From positions 3,260-67,259 of the forward strand of contig CAYPZD010000004.1 in NCBI GenBank assembly GCA_964415055.1: 64,000 nt of DNA, written 5' to 3'. Shown here in pieces: positions 1-9,546 of the stretch. This DNA comes from an uncultured Verrucomicrobiota bacterium. GTDB lineage: Bacteria > Verrucomicrobiota > Verrucomicrobiia > Limisphaerales > AAA164-E04. Position 1 is the stretch's first letter. Each line of letters begins with the position of its first letter. Both the position numbers and the translations under genes were made by a program. A model generated the notes under the pieces. That model was not told where the DNA came from and did no database searches. It saw only the letters and a list, made by a program, of their open reading frames with translations.

Positions 1-88
1 AAAATACCTTGATTACTTAGGTAATGTGTCGTAGCTTGCCGTTGTGTGATAGCAAAACTGGCTATCCTTTGAATAAAAAAGCAAATAA

Positions 89-340
89 ATGAGCGCAGCT
101 GTTGAAAATATCAGGGAATCACATTTACGGAGTGTCCTCAAGGGGATCTCGTGGCGCATCATTGCCACATTGACCACGGTGTTCATCGCATGGCGGACGA
201 CCGGGGAGGCGAAGACGGCTCTGGTTGTTGGCGCTATTGAGTTTCCGAGCAAGTTCCTGATTTATTATTTCCATGAACGTGCCTGGCAGTCGGTGCCCAG
301 AGGACATGTTCGTCAATGGTTCAAGCGGAAAAAAGTGTGA
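89..340 (+). CDS. DUF2061-family small membrane protein
   Basis: 83-aa ORF. LKGISWRIIATLTT...KFLIYYFHERAWQ matches the SWR...T / YY.HER.W signature I associate with DUF2061 two-helix membrane proteins. Confidence 0.75.
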   Translation: MSAAVENIRESHLRSVLKGISWRIIATLTTVFIAWRTTGEAKTALVVGAIEFPSKFLIYYFHERAWQSVPRGHVRQWFKRKKV

Positions 341-356
341 CCATAAAAAAAAGAAC

Positions 357-380
357 GGGCCATTTACGGCCCATTCTTTC
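357..380. terminator. Weak hairpin between convergent genes (possible bidirectional terminator)
   Basis: GGGCC (357-361), loop ATTTAC, GGCCC (368-372). An A-run lies upstream (346-352) and the T-rich attctttcttc downstream. The stem is only 5 bp. Confidence 0.35.
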
Positions 381-406
381 TTCTGAAAGCGGTTTGACGA
401 ATAACA

Positions 407-1330
407 CTACCAATCAAGCTTGTCTGGGAAAAATTCCGCGATGAGGTCTTCGTAGTAGGGTTTCAATGCCACCGGGTCTGGGGCGTTGTGGCTCTTGGTG
501 TAGAGGTCGTATTTGTTGAAGTCCAACACCCATTTGAGCATCTCGCGATCGGTGTCATTGCAGAGATGATCGTATTGTCCTTCGCGATGCCAGGGGTAGA
601 AGGAGTGGTAACGCAGCATGTAAAGGCCTTCGATGGGAAGGTAGGGTTTTGCGACTTGGTAGATGTATTCATCGTGTCCCCAGGAAATGTGGACATTGTC
701 CAGCCCGCAGTTTTCTTCGTAAACTCCAAACTTGGTATTGAGTTCCGGGTTATTGCGGTCGGGGTTTTTGTCGAAGAATTCAGGAAACACGATCTTGTCC
801 GAAAAGGCGCATCCAACCGGAAAGGTGTCTCCCACCACGGCCCATTGAGGTTCTCCGTACAGGCAAAGGATTTTGCCGAGGTCGTGGATAAACCCGCTCA
901 AAATCATCCAACGCGGTCTGCCGTCTTTGCGAATTTCTTCTGAGGTTTGCAGCAGGTGCTGGAGCTGGGAAAGGTTGGTGTCCGGATCACTGTCATCCAC
1001 CAGGGTGTTCAAATATTCCGCTGCTTCCCAGATGCCCATCTTCTTCCGGTTGAATTGGGTGAATGTTTTTTTCTTTTCCTTTACGAAGTCGTAGGTCTGC
1101 TTCGTGTGGTTTTCTTCATAGAACCTACGAACGCTCGGGCGCACGGTTTCCGCGTAGTTACGGAATTGGTCCTCTTTTTTGTTGGGATCGGTCGGGTTGA
1201 AATCAGCGGGATCTTCCTCCGCCGAACTGGTTTTCGGAGGCTCCGGGTAGCGATCCTTTACAAATTCATCCCATTCTTCCATTACCTGGTTGTCCATGGG
1301 TTCTGACGGAGTATCGGAGGGTGTGCTCAT
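407..1330 (-). CDS. myo-inositol oxygenase (MIOX family, HD-like di-iron oxygenase)
   Basis: 307 aa. [52 protein letters not shown] and [11 protein letters not shown] are collinear with animal MIOX over the whole catalytic core. The N-terminal ~60 aa are acidic and Pro-rich. Confidence 0.93.
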   Translation of the reverse strand: MSTPSDTPSEPMDNQVMEEWDEFVKDRYPEPPKTSSAEEDPADFNPTDPNKKEDQFRNYAETVRPSVRRFYEENHTKQTYDFVKEKKKTFTQFNRKKMGIWEAAEYLNTLVDDSDPDTNLSQLQHLLQTSEEIRKDGRPRWMILSGFIHDLGKILCLYGEPQWAVVGDTFPVGCAFSDKIVFPEFFDKNPDRNNPELNTKFGVYEENCGLDNVHISWGHDEYIYQVAKPYLPIEGLYMLRYHSFYPWHREGQYDHLCNDTDREMLKWVLDFNKYDLYTKSHNAPDPVALKPYYEDLIAEFFPDKLDW

Positions 1331-1516
1331 ATGATTCTGATTCGGCGATGGCGTCGCGTTGTTTGATGGTTCTATGTTTCAGGGTTTGACGTGTGCGCAT
1401 GCTGGTGGATTTGTCGAGCTTAGGCAATGAGATTCGTCGGTATTCCAACATTTTTTGAGCGACTTTTGGCTTTTCTTGGGACATTCTGCACCGAACGGGT
1501 CAACTGGGTGGAAACC

Positions 1517-2464
1517 ATGGGTAAATCAGAAAAATCAAACGGTCTGGAAACCGCTCATCAGGTGGTTGAACGTTCGTGTCCTGCTTGCCGGGAGAGCCGG
1601 TCGACCGACCGATGGAAGAAGGCGGATACTTGCTTCGTGCAGTGTGTGTCCTGTGGCATGGTTTATGTCCGGAAGGTTCCTTTATCCTTTGTCAATGGTG
1701 AGTTCTATGAGGATCGAACCGAGTCGTTTTACTTGTCCGAGGACAAACTTCAGTCTGATTACGATCCGGTTCGGTTTCAGCGTGAGTGGAAGCTGTTCCG
1801 TCGTAGGGTGCCTTCCGGTCGTGTGTTGGACGTGGGATGTTCCACCGGTGGTTTTCTTAGAGGACTACCAGCCTTTGGTTCCTATGAGTTGACGGGGCTG
1901 GATGTTTCCCAGGGAGCGCTGAATCAGGCGGAACAACAGGGGATCCGGGTGGTTAGAGAACCTTTCCTGGATTGGAATCCTTCTGATTCCCGCTTTGATG
2001 CGATTACCTTTTGGGCCGTGCTGGAACATGTTGAAAAGCCGGATGCCTTCCTGCAAAAGGCTGGGAGTCTGATCCGGCCGGATGGTATCTGCATCCTCCT
2101 TGTCCCCAATCTTCACTCTCTGGCTATCCGGTGTCTGGGCAGTCGTTACCGGTATATCATGGCGGAGCATCTGAATTATTTTTCTCCCACCGCATTGCGG
2201 AAAATGGTTCAGCGGATCGGTGGATGGGGCATTGAGCAGGTGACGACCATGCATTTCAACCCGGTGGTGTTGATCAAGGACGCGCTACGTCCCAGATCCG
2301 AGGTGCCCGATGCGGAACGGGCCCGGTTGTTGAAGCGGACCAATAAACTGAAAAAGTCGCCTTTGATGGCTCCGGTGAAGACGGTTTACAACGGGTTGGA
2401 GTCCGCGCTCACCGGTTTGTTGGCGGCTGATAATCTGGTTGCGGTGCTGAGACGCCGCTCATGA
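1517..2464 (+). CDS. Class I SAM-dependent methyltransferase with N-terminal Cys4 zinc-ribbon
   Basis: CPACRES...CVSCG ribbon, then VLDVGCSTGGFL (motif I) and DAITFWAVLEHVEKP (Methyltransf_11/23-like). The ORF opens at 1427; ATG 1517 (MGKSEK) is the likely start. Confidence 0.8.
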   Translation: MGKSEKSNGLETAHQVVERSCPACRESRSTDRWKKADTCFVQCVSCGMVYVRKVPLSFVNGEFYEDRTESFYLSEDKLQSDYDPVRFQREWKLFRRRVPSGRVLDVGCSTGGFLRGLPAFGSYELTGLDVSQGALNQAEQQGIRVVREPFLDWNPSDSRFDAITFWAVLEHVEKPDAFLQKAGSLIRPDGICILLVPNLHSLAIRCLGSRYRYIMAEHLNYFSPTALRKMVQRIGGWGIEQVTTMHFNPVVLIKDALRPRSEVPDAERARLLKRTNKLKKSPLMAPVKTVYNGLESALTGLLAADNLVAVLRRRS

Positions 2465-4294
2465 ATCCGCAATGGGTCCCAGAGGTTCGTTTTTCAAGCG
2501 GCGGAGATCCATGAGGACGCGTGTGATTTCCATTTGATCATCATCACTGAGTCCCTCGGATGAGAGCAGGTTCTTTTTCATCAGGATTTCGTGATCGATG
2601 TATTTGTCGCGTAACCGGCGCACCAGCTCTTCATACTGTCGATCTCTGCTTGGGATGGCTCGGGCCTCGGTCACTGCTTCGGTGATAAATCGATCCGCTC
2701 CCGCCTGGCGACATTGGGTGAGGATGGTGGCCGTTTCGGGTTTTTTGTGCTCGGCATGTGCGTCCAGTGTGGCGATCAATACTTCGCGCACCACCGGGTG
2801 ACGTATCCATTGCAGGTCCAAATGTTCAAACAGCCATTCCAAAGGTTCTTCTTCTTCCTCGGTCAGGACCAGTTTCATCAGCCAGTATTCCTGCACCGGA
2901 CATTCCGGCAACGGTTCCACAGGTTCCTCCGGAATGTCGATGTCTTCGATCGGAGGTCCGTCATCAAAAGCGGATGGCTCGGGTAGGGAGCGTCGGGTCT
3001 GCTTGAATTCCGCCCGAATGGAATCCACATCGACGTTGAGCAAATGGGCTGTCTTCTGGGCATAGGTGTCAATCATCACCGCATGACCCGTCTTGGTAAC
3101 GGCTTTTCCCATTTCCTGAACAATGGCCATACGATCCTTGTCGGTGCCGGTCGGGTGAGCCTTCCGGAGGTGCTGCAATAGAAAGTCAAAAAATCCTTCT
3201 GCTTTGTCGACCAGTTGACGGAATGCTTCGGCTCCAAGTTCCCGGATGTAACTGTCCGGATCATGTGGCGCAGGAACGTTCGCAACCCGCAGGTTGAGTC
3301 CGGAATCGATGAGGTCATCCATGGATCGCAGGGCGGCGTTGGTTCCGGCCTGATCGGAGTCGAAACAGAGAACGATCTCATCGGCATAACGTTTAACGAT
3401 CTGGGTATGCCGCTTTGTCAGAGCAGTTCCCTGGGGGGCGACCACATTTTCGATGCCGGACATGTGGCAGGCGATCAAGTCGAGCTGGCCTTCGCAAATG
3501 ACGGCGGATTTCGCGTCCAGGATGGCGCGTTTTGCTTTGTCCAGTCCGTAGATGACTTCGCTCTTGCGAAAGAGCAAAGTCTCCGGTGAGTTGACATACT
3601 TGGCACCTTTCTCATCACCTTCTACGACACGACCGCTGAATCCGATGACTCTGCCTTGCGGGTCATGGATGGGAAACATCAGGCGGCCCCGAAAACGATC
3701 GTAGTAGTCCTTTCCTTCCTTTTTGGGGACGACCAGACCTGCTTTTTCGATCAGTTCCGGATCGTATTTACGACTGCGACTCCAGCGGAGTGTGTCGTCC
3801 CATGAAAGCGGGGCGTACCCCAGTTGAAACCGTTTCATGGCTTCTTCGGGCACGCCGCGTGATTTCAGGTAATCGCGTCCGGCCTGGCCTTGGGCGTCAT
3901 TCAGCAGCAGGGTGTGCCAGCGATGGGACAGTTCTTCGTGAATTTTAAGCAGGATTTTTTTTGCTTCGGCCTTTTCGGCGGCCTTGGGATCCTTGACGAC
4001 TTCGATGGCGATCTTGGCCCGGTCCGCCAGACGTTCGGCGGCTTCATAGAAGCTCAGGTTTTCGTATTCCCGGACAAAGGTGAAGACATCTCCACCTTTG
4101 TGGCAGCCGAAACAATGAAACGTTTGACGCTGTGGATTGACGTGGAAGCTGGGAGTCTTTTCGTTGTGAAAAGGACACCTTGCCTTGAAGGACACGCCGG
4201 CTCTTTTCAGCGGTATGTATGAAGTGATGACCTCGACGATATCGCTTGCCTGCCGGATTTGCTCCACCAATTCGGGGCCGATAAAACCGCTCAT
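2459..4294 (-). CDS. dnaG: DNA primase
   Basis: 611 aa. Zinc-binding CPFHNEKTPSFHVNPQRQTFHCFGCHKGGDVFTF, RNAP-like core, TOPRIM (VICEGQLDLIA, VLCFDSDQAG) and a DnaB-interaction-like C-terminus. Confidence 0.95.
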   Translation of the reverse strand: MSGFIGPELVEQIRQASDIVEVITSYIPLKRAGVSFKARCPFHNEKTPSFHVNPQRQTFHCFGCHKGGDVFTFVREYENLSFYEAAERLADRAKIAIEVVKDPKAAEKAEAKKILLKIHEELSHRWHTLLLNDAQGQAGRDYLKSRGVPEEAMKRFQLGYAPLSWDDTLRWSRSRKYDPELIEKAGLVVPKKEGKDYYDRFRGRLMFPIHDPQGRVIGFSGRVVEGDEKGAKYVNSPETLLFRKSEVIYGLDKAKRAILDAKSAVICEGQLDLIACHMSGIENVVAPQGTALTKRHTQIVKRYADEIVLCFDSDQAGTNAALRSMDDLIDSGLNLRVANVPAPHDPDSYIRELGAEAFRQLVDKAEGFFDFLLQHLRKAHPTGTDKDRMAIVQEMGKAVTKTGHAVMIDTYAQKTAHLLNVDVDSIRAEFKQTRRSLPEPSAFDDGPPIEDIDIPEEPVEPLPECPVQEYWLMKLVLTEEEEEPLEWLFEHLDLQWIRHPVVREVLIATLDAHAEHKKPETATILTQCRQAGADRFITEAVTEARAIPSRDRQYEELVRRLRDKYIDHEILMKKNLLSSEGLSDDDQMEITRVLMDLRRLKNEPLGPIADS

Positions 4295-4300
4295 GACCGG

Positions 4301-6127
4301 TCAGGGGTTGGAACGTAGCCAGGAGCGTGCGGTCGAGACTTCACCCGGTGTCGGTCCGGCTTTCAGCAACTGCTGGTAGACTTCGCGCGTGCGCACCGGG
4401 CGTTGGAGCGGTCCTGAATAAAGCTCGCCCAGACGCATGAGGACAGGGCGGTCTGATGGATCGGCCTTCAGCAATGTTTCCAGTTCCCGTGCGGCATCTC
4501 GCAGATGATCCTTTTTGATGAGAGCCAACGCCAGGTTGTAACGCGAATCGCGATGCTGTGGGGAAATGGCGAGGGCGTATTCGTAAGCGGGTAATGCCTT
4601 GTCGGCGTTGCCGCCGTTCAGGGCTGCCAGGCCGAGGTTGAAATAGGCTTCGAAGAAGGAGGGGTCGGCAGAGACAGCTCGTTCGTATTGGGTGATCGCT
4701 TCTTCGAAATCCGAACGCTGGAGTGCTTTGTTGGCCCGGTCAAACAGGGGAGCCGCTACTTGTCGGTTGCCTGCAAGGGGTGCTCCGGGCAGTAAATACC
4801 GATAGGGATTGAATGTTCTTCCTTGGGGCAATGGGGTCACGCCGGGCGCAGAAGGGGGAATGATCACGGGACGCTCAATTTCCACGACGGTTTCCGGATC
4901 TTCCTTATCTTCTTCAGGCTCTCCCACATCTTCGGAAGCCTTCGTTTCTTCTTCTTTGGGAACATCTGCTTTGACGACCACATTTGTTTGTGAAGCGCTT
5001 GAAGCAGCAGGAGGCGCGTCATTTTTTACAGAGGGCTTAACCGGGGTGATTTCTTTTACCTCAGGTTGTTCCGGTGCTTCTGTTTCATTCTTAACTACCA
5101 GATTAGCTGTGTCTTCTGGGGGGGGCGATTGTGTGTTGGTATTTGGGTCGTTTTCTTCAGGCTCCTTGTTTAAAACTGTCTCGGATGGGGTGGACTGGGC
5201 ATTGGACTGGCTGTCTATGGCTGCTTCAGCAGGAGATGTTTCTTTATCCTGAGTCGCCAATTCCTGGTCGTCCGTGTTTTCATCTGTCTCCTTCGTGGTT
5301 TCAGTAGGAATCTCCACTTCAGGTGTTTTCTGTTTGAAAAAGCTGGCTTCAATACTTTCCGCAATGCTTTTAGCAATGGGGACGAGTGGGGATTGGGGGG
5401 CTTTGAATGTGAATTTGCGTAAATTTTGGACGGCAAGATCAGGGCGCTGTAAGGCAGGGTGTGCGATCATGCCCTTGTTCCAGAGGGCTGGTGTATATGC
5501 TGCATCACGTTCCAGAGCGGTGTGGAAGTAGTTGTATGATTCTGTGTTGTTTCCCTTTCGCTGTTGGATCAGCCCCATGCCGTTGAATGCTTTGGCATCC
5601 TCCGGTGACTGTCTGAGCAACCTGTCGTAGATGTCCTGAGCCTCAAGTAGTTCATTCAGAGCTATATGGGCCAAAGCCTGGTAATGCAGAGCGGCGGTCG
5701 ATTGGGGACGCAGCATTTGGTAGGTCTTGAACTGATTGATGGCATCATCGTAAACGCGTGTTTCAAGGCGAAGACATCCCAGGTTAAAAACCGCTTCCGC
5801 GAGATTATTGTTGATGTTATAGGCTTTGGTATAGGCATCTCTCGCCTGGGCGTATTGTCCATCCTTGTGATAAGCCAGGCCAAGATAGTTCCAAGCCCGA
5901 GCCAGTTCGGGTTTTAAGCGGGTGGTTTGTTTGAATGAACTAATGGCTTCCTTGAATTGTCCGTTATCCAGTTGCGTCTTACCTTCCAGCATGGCGTCCG
6001 CCCAGGGCGGGGTGCAGCCGGTCAGGATGACTGCCGCCATCAAGGTGAACAATATGCCGTTCACCCACCGGTGTCCGGTGGAACGGTATCGAGTTTTATT
6101 ATGGATGACTGTTGGATTTGGACTCAT
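4301..6127 (-). CDS. TPR-repeat lipoprotein with long acidic/Pro/Thr-rich disordered spacer
   Basis: 608 aa. Lipobox LTGC near the N-terminus. TPR-like repeats sit at both ends (AWNYLGLAYHKDGQYAQA, AYFNLGLAALNGGNADKA, RYNLALALIKKD). The central ~155 aa are E/P/T/K/N-rich low complexity. The gene ends 6 nt upstream of dnaG. Confidence 0.85.
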   Translation of the reverse strand: MSPNPTVIHNKTRYRSTGHRWVNGILFTLMAAVILTGCTPPWADAMLEGKTQLDNGQFKEAISSFKQTTRLKPELARAWNYLGLAYHKDGQYAQARDAYTKAYNINNNLAEAVFNLGCLRLETRVYDDAINQFKTYQMLRPQSTAALHYQALAHIALNELLEAQDIYDRLLRQSPEDAKAFNGMGLIQQRKGNNTESYNYFHTALERDAAYTPALWNKGMIAHPALQRPDLAVQNLRKFTFKAPQSPLVPIAKSIAESIEASFFKQKTPEVEIPTETTKETDENTDDQELATQDKETSPAEAAIDSQSNAQSTPSETVLNKEPEENDPNTNTQSPPPEDTANLVVKNETEAPEQPEVKEITPVKPSVKNDAPPAASSASQTNVVVKADVPKEEETKASEDVGEPEEDKEDPETVVEIERPVIIPPSAPGVTPLPQGRTFNPYRYLLPGAPLAGNRQVAAPLFDRANKALQRSDFEEAITQYERAVSADPSFFEAYFNLGLAALNGGNADKALPAYEYALAISPQHRDSRYNLALALIKKDHLRDAARELETLLKADPSDRPVLMRLGELYSGPLQRPVRTREVYQQLLKAGPTPGEVSTARSWLRSNP

Positions 6128-6187
6128 CTCTGACGATCATTGACCCTTTGAAGGATTTACACTATCACTAAACCAGATTCAAAAGCA

Positions 6188-7378
6188 ATGACGGAACGTG
6201 TATACAGTGCCATTTGGGCGTCTTTCAGGGCAGTGCAATGCTGGATGCATGCTGGTAGGGATGCCCTCGATGCATCGGGGCTGCGCGTCCGGTGGTGTGT
6301 CCGTGCAGTGCTTCAGGCGTTCGAATACTTCCTGTGCGCTCGTGGCCCCGCGGCAGCGGGGGCCTACCTGTTGTGGGTGCTTTTGATGCCGTTGAACGCG
6401 GGTGCTTCCGAGGTTCAATCACCGATCCACCTGCAAAAGAAGTCCCGAGTCCTGGCTGTACGCGATGAGCAGGCGGTGGATCGTTTCCAGGCCAATCCGG
6501 ACGTTGTGCGCCGTATGTTCGACGATCTATTGAAAGCCTACACTTTAAAGGATGATGCGGGCGAAGCCTGGAAAGTGTTCGTTAATCCCGACGATATCGT
6601 CGGAATCAAGGTGCTTTCCGACCCGGGCAGCGTGAGTGGGACACGTCCCGCCGTGGTGGAAGCTGTTGTGAGCAGTCTTCTCGAAACTGGTTTTCCAAAA
6701 CATCAGATCATCATATGGGATCGCCGCAAGGGACTGCTGGTTGCGACCGGATATGATCAATTGGCCAAAAAACTGGGAGTCGGTTATGAAGGAAGTTCGG
6801 ATTATGGATATGATCCATCATCCTACTACGAGGCCGCCTTGGTGGGGAATCTTGTGTATGGGGACCATGAGTTTGGGCAAAGCGGTGAGGGGATTGGTCG
6901 TAAATCTTATGTCTCCAAACTGTTGACGCAGAAACTGACCCGCATCATTCAAATCCATCCCATGCTGAACCACTACTTGGCCGGCGTGAACGGGCACGTG
7001 ATTGGCCTTGCCACGACTGGGGTGGACAATCATTTGCGTTTTACCGTGGATGAAAGCCGCTACCACGAGTCCATGGCTGAGATTTGTGCCATGCCTGAGC
7101 TATACGACAAATTGGCCTTCAACCTGGTGGATGGCCTGATTTGTCAATATCAGGGTGAGGAACGAGGTTTTCTTCAATACTCGGTCATGTTGAAAGAATT
7201 ACGCATCAGTAAAGATCCGGTGGCTTTGGACATGCTTTCCCTGATGGAGATCAACCGACAACGGGTCAAGGCGGGGCTGGATCCCCATGAGTCTGCTTTC
7301 CAACTCTATCGAAACGCCGGATTGATGCAGCTGGGCGAGAGCGATCCATCCAAGATCGCTATTCAGTATGTTCGTTGA
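6188..7378 (+). CDS. Hypothetical protein, DUF362-like (assignment tentative)
   Basis: 396-aa ORF. The VGIKVLSDPG..GTRPAVVEAVVSSLLETGFPKHQIIIWDR pattern resembles the DUF362 N-terminal region. The first ~60 codons are Arg/Cys/Ala-rich and probably not coding, so the start is uncertain. Confidence 0.45.
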   Translation: MTERVYSAIWASFRAVQCWMHAGRDALDASGLRVRWCVRAVLQAFEYFLCARGPAAAGAYLLWVLLMPLNAGASEVQSPIHLQKKSRVLAVRDEQAVDRFQANPDVVRRMFDDLLKAYTLKDDAGEAWKVFVNPDDIVGIKVLSDPGSVSGTRPAVVEAVVSSLLETGFPKHQIIIWDRRKGLLVATGYDQLAKKLGVGYEGSSDYGYDPSSYYEAALVGNLVYGDHEFGQSGEGIGRKSYVSKLLTQKLTRIIQIHPMLNHYLAGVNGHVIGLATTGVDNHLRFTVDESRYHESMAEICAMPELYDKLAFNLVDGLICQYQGEERGFLQYSVMLKELRISKDPVALDMLSLMEINRQRVKAGLDPHESAFQLYRNAGLMQLGESDPSKIAIQYVR

Positions 7379-7460
7379 AATTCAGGGTAGGATTCTGCCG
7401 TATTCGAAGTATATTGCAGCATGACTGAACCCATCCCATATCCTTTTTGAAAACCACAAA

Positions 7461-8393
7461 ATGAACCCGCTATTCATAGGTGTTGAAATTGGTGGAACCA
7501 AGCTACAGATCGTCTGCGGGCAATCCGATGGTGTGATCCTGGCACGAAAACGGTATCGGGTGGATCCCGGGCAAGGCGCTGCAGGCATCCGGCAGCATGT
7601 TGAGGAGGGGGTCCGAGCGTTGATGAACGAGCATTCAGGAGTGCAGGGCATTGGTGTCGGGTTCGGTGGTCCGCTGGATCGGACCACTGGTAACGTTGCC
7701 TGCTCACATCAGATCGAAGGTTGGGCCGATTTTTCTCTGAAAAACTGGTTGCAGGATCTGAGCGGGTTGCCGGCAGTGGTTGACAACGATGCCAACGTTG
7801 CCGCTTTGGGGGAAGCTTTGAAAGGGGCGGGGATAGGGTTCAATCCCGTTTTCTACGTCACCCTGGGCAGTGGTGTCGGAGGTGGCGCGGTGGTGGACAA
7901 TCACATCTACCATGGGGCTCACCCGGGTGAGAGTGAAATCGGTCATCTTCGACTGGATACATCGGGTCGGATCGTGGAGGAAGTTTGCGCGGGATGGTCG
8001 GTCGATCGGCGTATCCGCGAGGCCATTTCGCAAAATCAGGATTGTTTCCTGGCTAAAGTGGTTGGTGGCCGTACGAACGGTGAAGCAACCTGTTTGAACG
8101 AAGCTTTGGACGCTGGATGTGAGGTAGCGGAGAAAATTTTTGAAGAAACAACACGCAGCCTCGCGTTTGCGCTTTCTCATGTGGTTCACCTGATGCACCC
8201 GGAGGCGATCATTCTGGGGGGCGGGTTGTCCCTGATGGGGGATCGGTTGATTCAGGGAGTTTCCGAGCAATTGCCAAACTGGATGATGAAGGTGTTCCTC
8301 CCAGCGCCTCAAATCAAACAGGCTGTATTACGGGAAGATGTCGTACCGGTGGGGGCTTTACTGATGGCAGGGCAAATGATTGCTCGATCCTGA
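7461..8393 (+). CDS. ROK-family sugar kinase (glucokinase-like)
   Basis: 310 aa. FIGVEIGGTKLQIV (ATP-binding N-terminus), VDNDANVAALGE, TLGSGVGGG, GHPGESEIGH and ILGGGLS are typical ROK motifs. Confidence 0.85.
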   Translation: MNPLFIGVEIGGTKLQIVCGQSDGVILARKRYRVDPGQGAAGIRQHVEEGVRALMNEHSGVQGIGVGFGGPLDRTTGNVACSHQIEGWADFSLKNWLQDLSGLPAVVDNDANVAALGEALKGAGIGFNPVFYVTLGSGVGGGAVVDNHIYHGAHPGESEIGHLRLDTSGRIVEEVCAGWSVDRRIREAISQNQDCFLAKVVGGRTNGEATCLNEALDAGCEVAEKIFEETTRSLAFALSHVVHLMHPEAIILGGGLSLMGDRLIQGVSEQLPNWMMKVFLPAPQIKQAVLREDVVPVGALLMAGQMIARS

Positions 8394-8446
8394 ACCGTTG
8401 GTTGTATGGTTTTTGAACCGCACCACCGCAGTCGCGGGATCTTTGA

Positions 8447-8473
8447 GATTTTCGCAGATTCACGCAGTTAGAT
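8447..8473 (-). repeat. Short phased ATCTGCG-type intergenic repeat (inverted copy)
   Basis: gattttcgcagattcacgcagttagat is the reverse complement of atctaaCTGCGtgAATCTGCGaaaatc. It shares AATCTGCGAAAATC with the copy at 48035. Confidence 0.6.
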
Positions 8474-8502
8474 ATGTAAGGTGTAAATATGATCTTTTAT
8501 GC

Positions 8503-9531
8503 ATGCACCCTGTCAGCTGTCATTGCCAAGCAGACTCAAATTGTCTCATTACGAATAAAAAAAATCTGCGTAAATCTGTGAAATCTGCGGTTCAAAAAAG
8601 TAAATCCCTATCACCTGTATGTGATCGTCCGCAGGCGGAATGCATTCGTGACTTCTTTTCCCGGCAGGGCAAGCCGTTGAAACTGCATCGCGTGGATCTT
8701 TCCGAGTTGAAAGAGCGTGATGTGACCATTGATTTGGTCCGGGACGATTTGCTGCACCCCATGATCGCCGGCAACAAATGGTGGAAGCTAAAGCATGCTC
8801 TCATCCACGCAGCGGAGCAGGGGAAGAACACCTTGGTGACCTTCGGGGGTGCCTATTCCAATCACTTACTTGCCGTAGCGGGGGCTGGATACCTGTTCGG
8901 TTTCAAAACAGTGGGACTGGTGCGGGGAGATGAAACCAGAGCCCTCAATCCAGTGCTGTCCCAGGCCCAACGTTGGGGAATGCATCTGGAGGGGATTTCA
9001 CGGGAACGCTATCGGCAAAAACATGATCCCGCTTTCATCACTCAACTGGAAACCCAATGGTTTCCCTGCCTCGTCCTACCTGAGGGGGGATCGGGGCCAT
9101 TGGCAGTGAAGGGAACCCGGGAAATGGTTGAACGCCTTACCACACCGCACGACTATGTGTGTTGTTCGGTCGGGACAGGCGGCACCTTGGCCGGGATCGT
9201 TTCCGGTGCTCAAAAGGATGTGACCGCACTGGGCTTTTCATCATTGAAAGGAGGTGCTTTCCTTGAAAAAGAAGTCGAGCGACTCCTGGAAGGACACCCC
9301 ATCGGTGCACAACATTGGTCGATAGAAACACGCTACCACTTTGGAGGCTACGCGAAATCTGATGAAACGCTACGCGCATTCTGTCAATCTTTCGAGCAAA
9401 CACAAAACGTGGCCCTGGACCCTGTCTACACCGGGAAAATGATGTTCGGACTCATGGACATGGTTCGCAAGAACATATTCCCCGCCCAAACCCGCATCAT
9501 CGCCTGGCACACAGGAAACTCCAAAACCTAA
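8503..9531 (+). CDS. PLP-dependent ACC deaminase / D-cysteine desulfhydrase family enzyme
   Basis: LVRDDLLHPMIAGNKWWKLKH, TLVTFGGAYSNHLLAVAGAG, GLVRGDE, LPEGGSG, VGTGGTLAGI. The ORF opens at 8380, but its 5' part contains the intergenic repeats. The real start is probably ATG 8503, TTG 8677 or GTG 8692. Confidence 0.8.
   Translation: MHPVSCHCQADSNCLITNKKNLRKSVKSAVQKSKSLSPVCDRPQAECIRDFFSRQGKPLKLHRVDLSELKERDVTIDLVRDDLLHPMIAGNKWWKLKHALIHAAEQGKNTLVTFGGAYSNHLLAVAGAGYLFGFKTVGLVRGDETRALNPVLSQAQRWGMHLEGISRERYRQKHDPAFITQLETQWFPCLVLPEGGSGPLAVKGTREMVERLTTPHDYVCCSVGTGGTLAGIVSGAQKDVTALGFSSLKGGAFLEKEVERLLEGHPIGAQHWSIETRYHFGGYAKSDETLRAFCQSFEQTQNVALDPVYTGKMMFGLMDMVRKNIFPAQTRIIAWHTGNSKT
8563..8594 (+). repeat. 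Short phased ATCTGCG-type intergenic repeat
   Basis: aatctgcgtaaatctgtgaaatctgcggttc carries three units at ~10-11 nt spacing. By eye it matches the copy at 48035-48065 at about 26 of 31 positions. Confidence 0.65.
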
Positions 9532-9546
9532 AAGCTAAAACCTAAA

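Noticed and set aside
8380-8502. 5' extension of the ACC-deaminase-like ORF (and possibly up to ~8676)
   Set aside because: It contains the ATCTGCG-type repeats and Cys/His-rich nonsense. Homologous enzymes start about 25-40 residues before the RDDL.HP motif.
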